From an uncultured delta proteobacterium (GTDB taxonomy: Bacteria > Myxococcota > UBA727 > VGSZ01), in assembly GCA_963775425.1 (NCBI GenBank), contig CAVZJB010000005.1, positions 728,605 to 792,604 of the forward strand: a DNA stretch of 64,000 nt, written 5' to 3'. Positions 63,952 through 64,000 of the stretch are shown piece by piece. Under the pieces are notes generated by a model. The model saw nothing but the letters and a program-made list of their open reading frames with translations. It did no database searches and was not told the DNA's origin. Both the position numbers and the translations under genes were made by a program. How positions within the stretch are numbered: position 1 is the stretch's first letter; every line of letters begins with the position of its first letter.

Positions 63952-64000
<49 letters not shown>

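Overview
High-GC (roughly 70-75% by eye) chromosomal segment, probably from a Myxococcota-like bacterium. The assignment rests on a Dif-type chemosensory cluster, TIGR02266-like PilZ proteins, an ECF/anti-sigma/caspase module, a MYXO-CTERM-like tail, eukaryote-type Ser/Thr kinases and many lipoproteins. About 60 CDS run from the 3' end of pyrG to a truncated tRNA-Arg(CCG). Housekeeping genes (panE, trxC, queD, asd, thiL, dapF, Leu dehydrogenase, RNase G/E, 7Fe ferredoxin) alternate with exported proteins of unknown function. No IS, integrase, prophage or CRISPR array was seen. Main observations: (1) an apparent two-in-one envelope polyprotein, with exported domain, internal MYXO-CTERM-like anchor, second signal peptide and outer-membrane beta-barrel, in an operon with a GT-C glycosyltransferase and a pseudokinase; (2) an ECF sigma/anti-sigma/exported caspase-like protease module flanked by (Gly-Glu)n lipoproteins; (3) five unrelated exported proteins sharing (Gly-Glu)n tracts; (4) a TANNNT-type -10 hexamer 5-7 nt before the start codon of about 20 genes, implying widespread leaderless transcription; (5) a YceI/diheme cytochrome c fusion; (6) a large permuted papain-like protein; (7) tandem bistable hairpins upstream of RNase G/E. 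Two single-G frameshifts may be sequencing errors. Family names come from motif recognition only; no searches were run.
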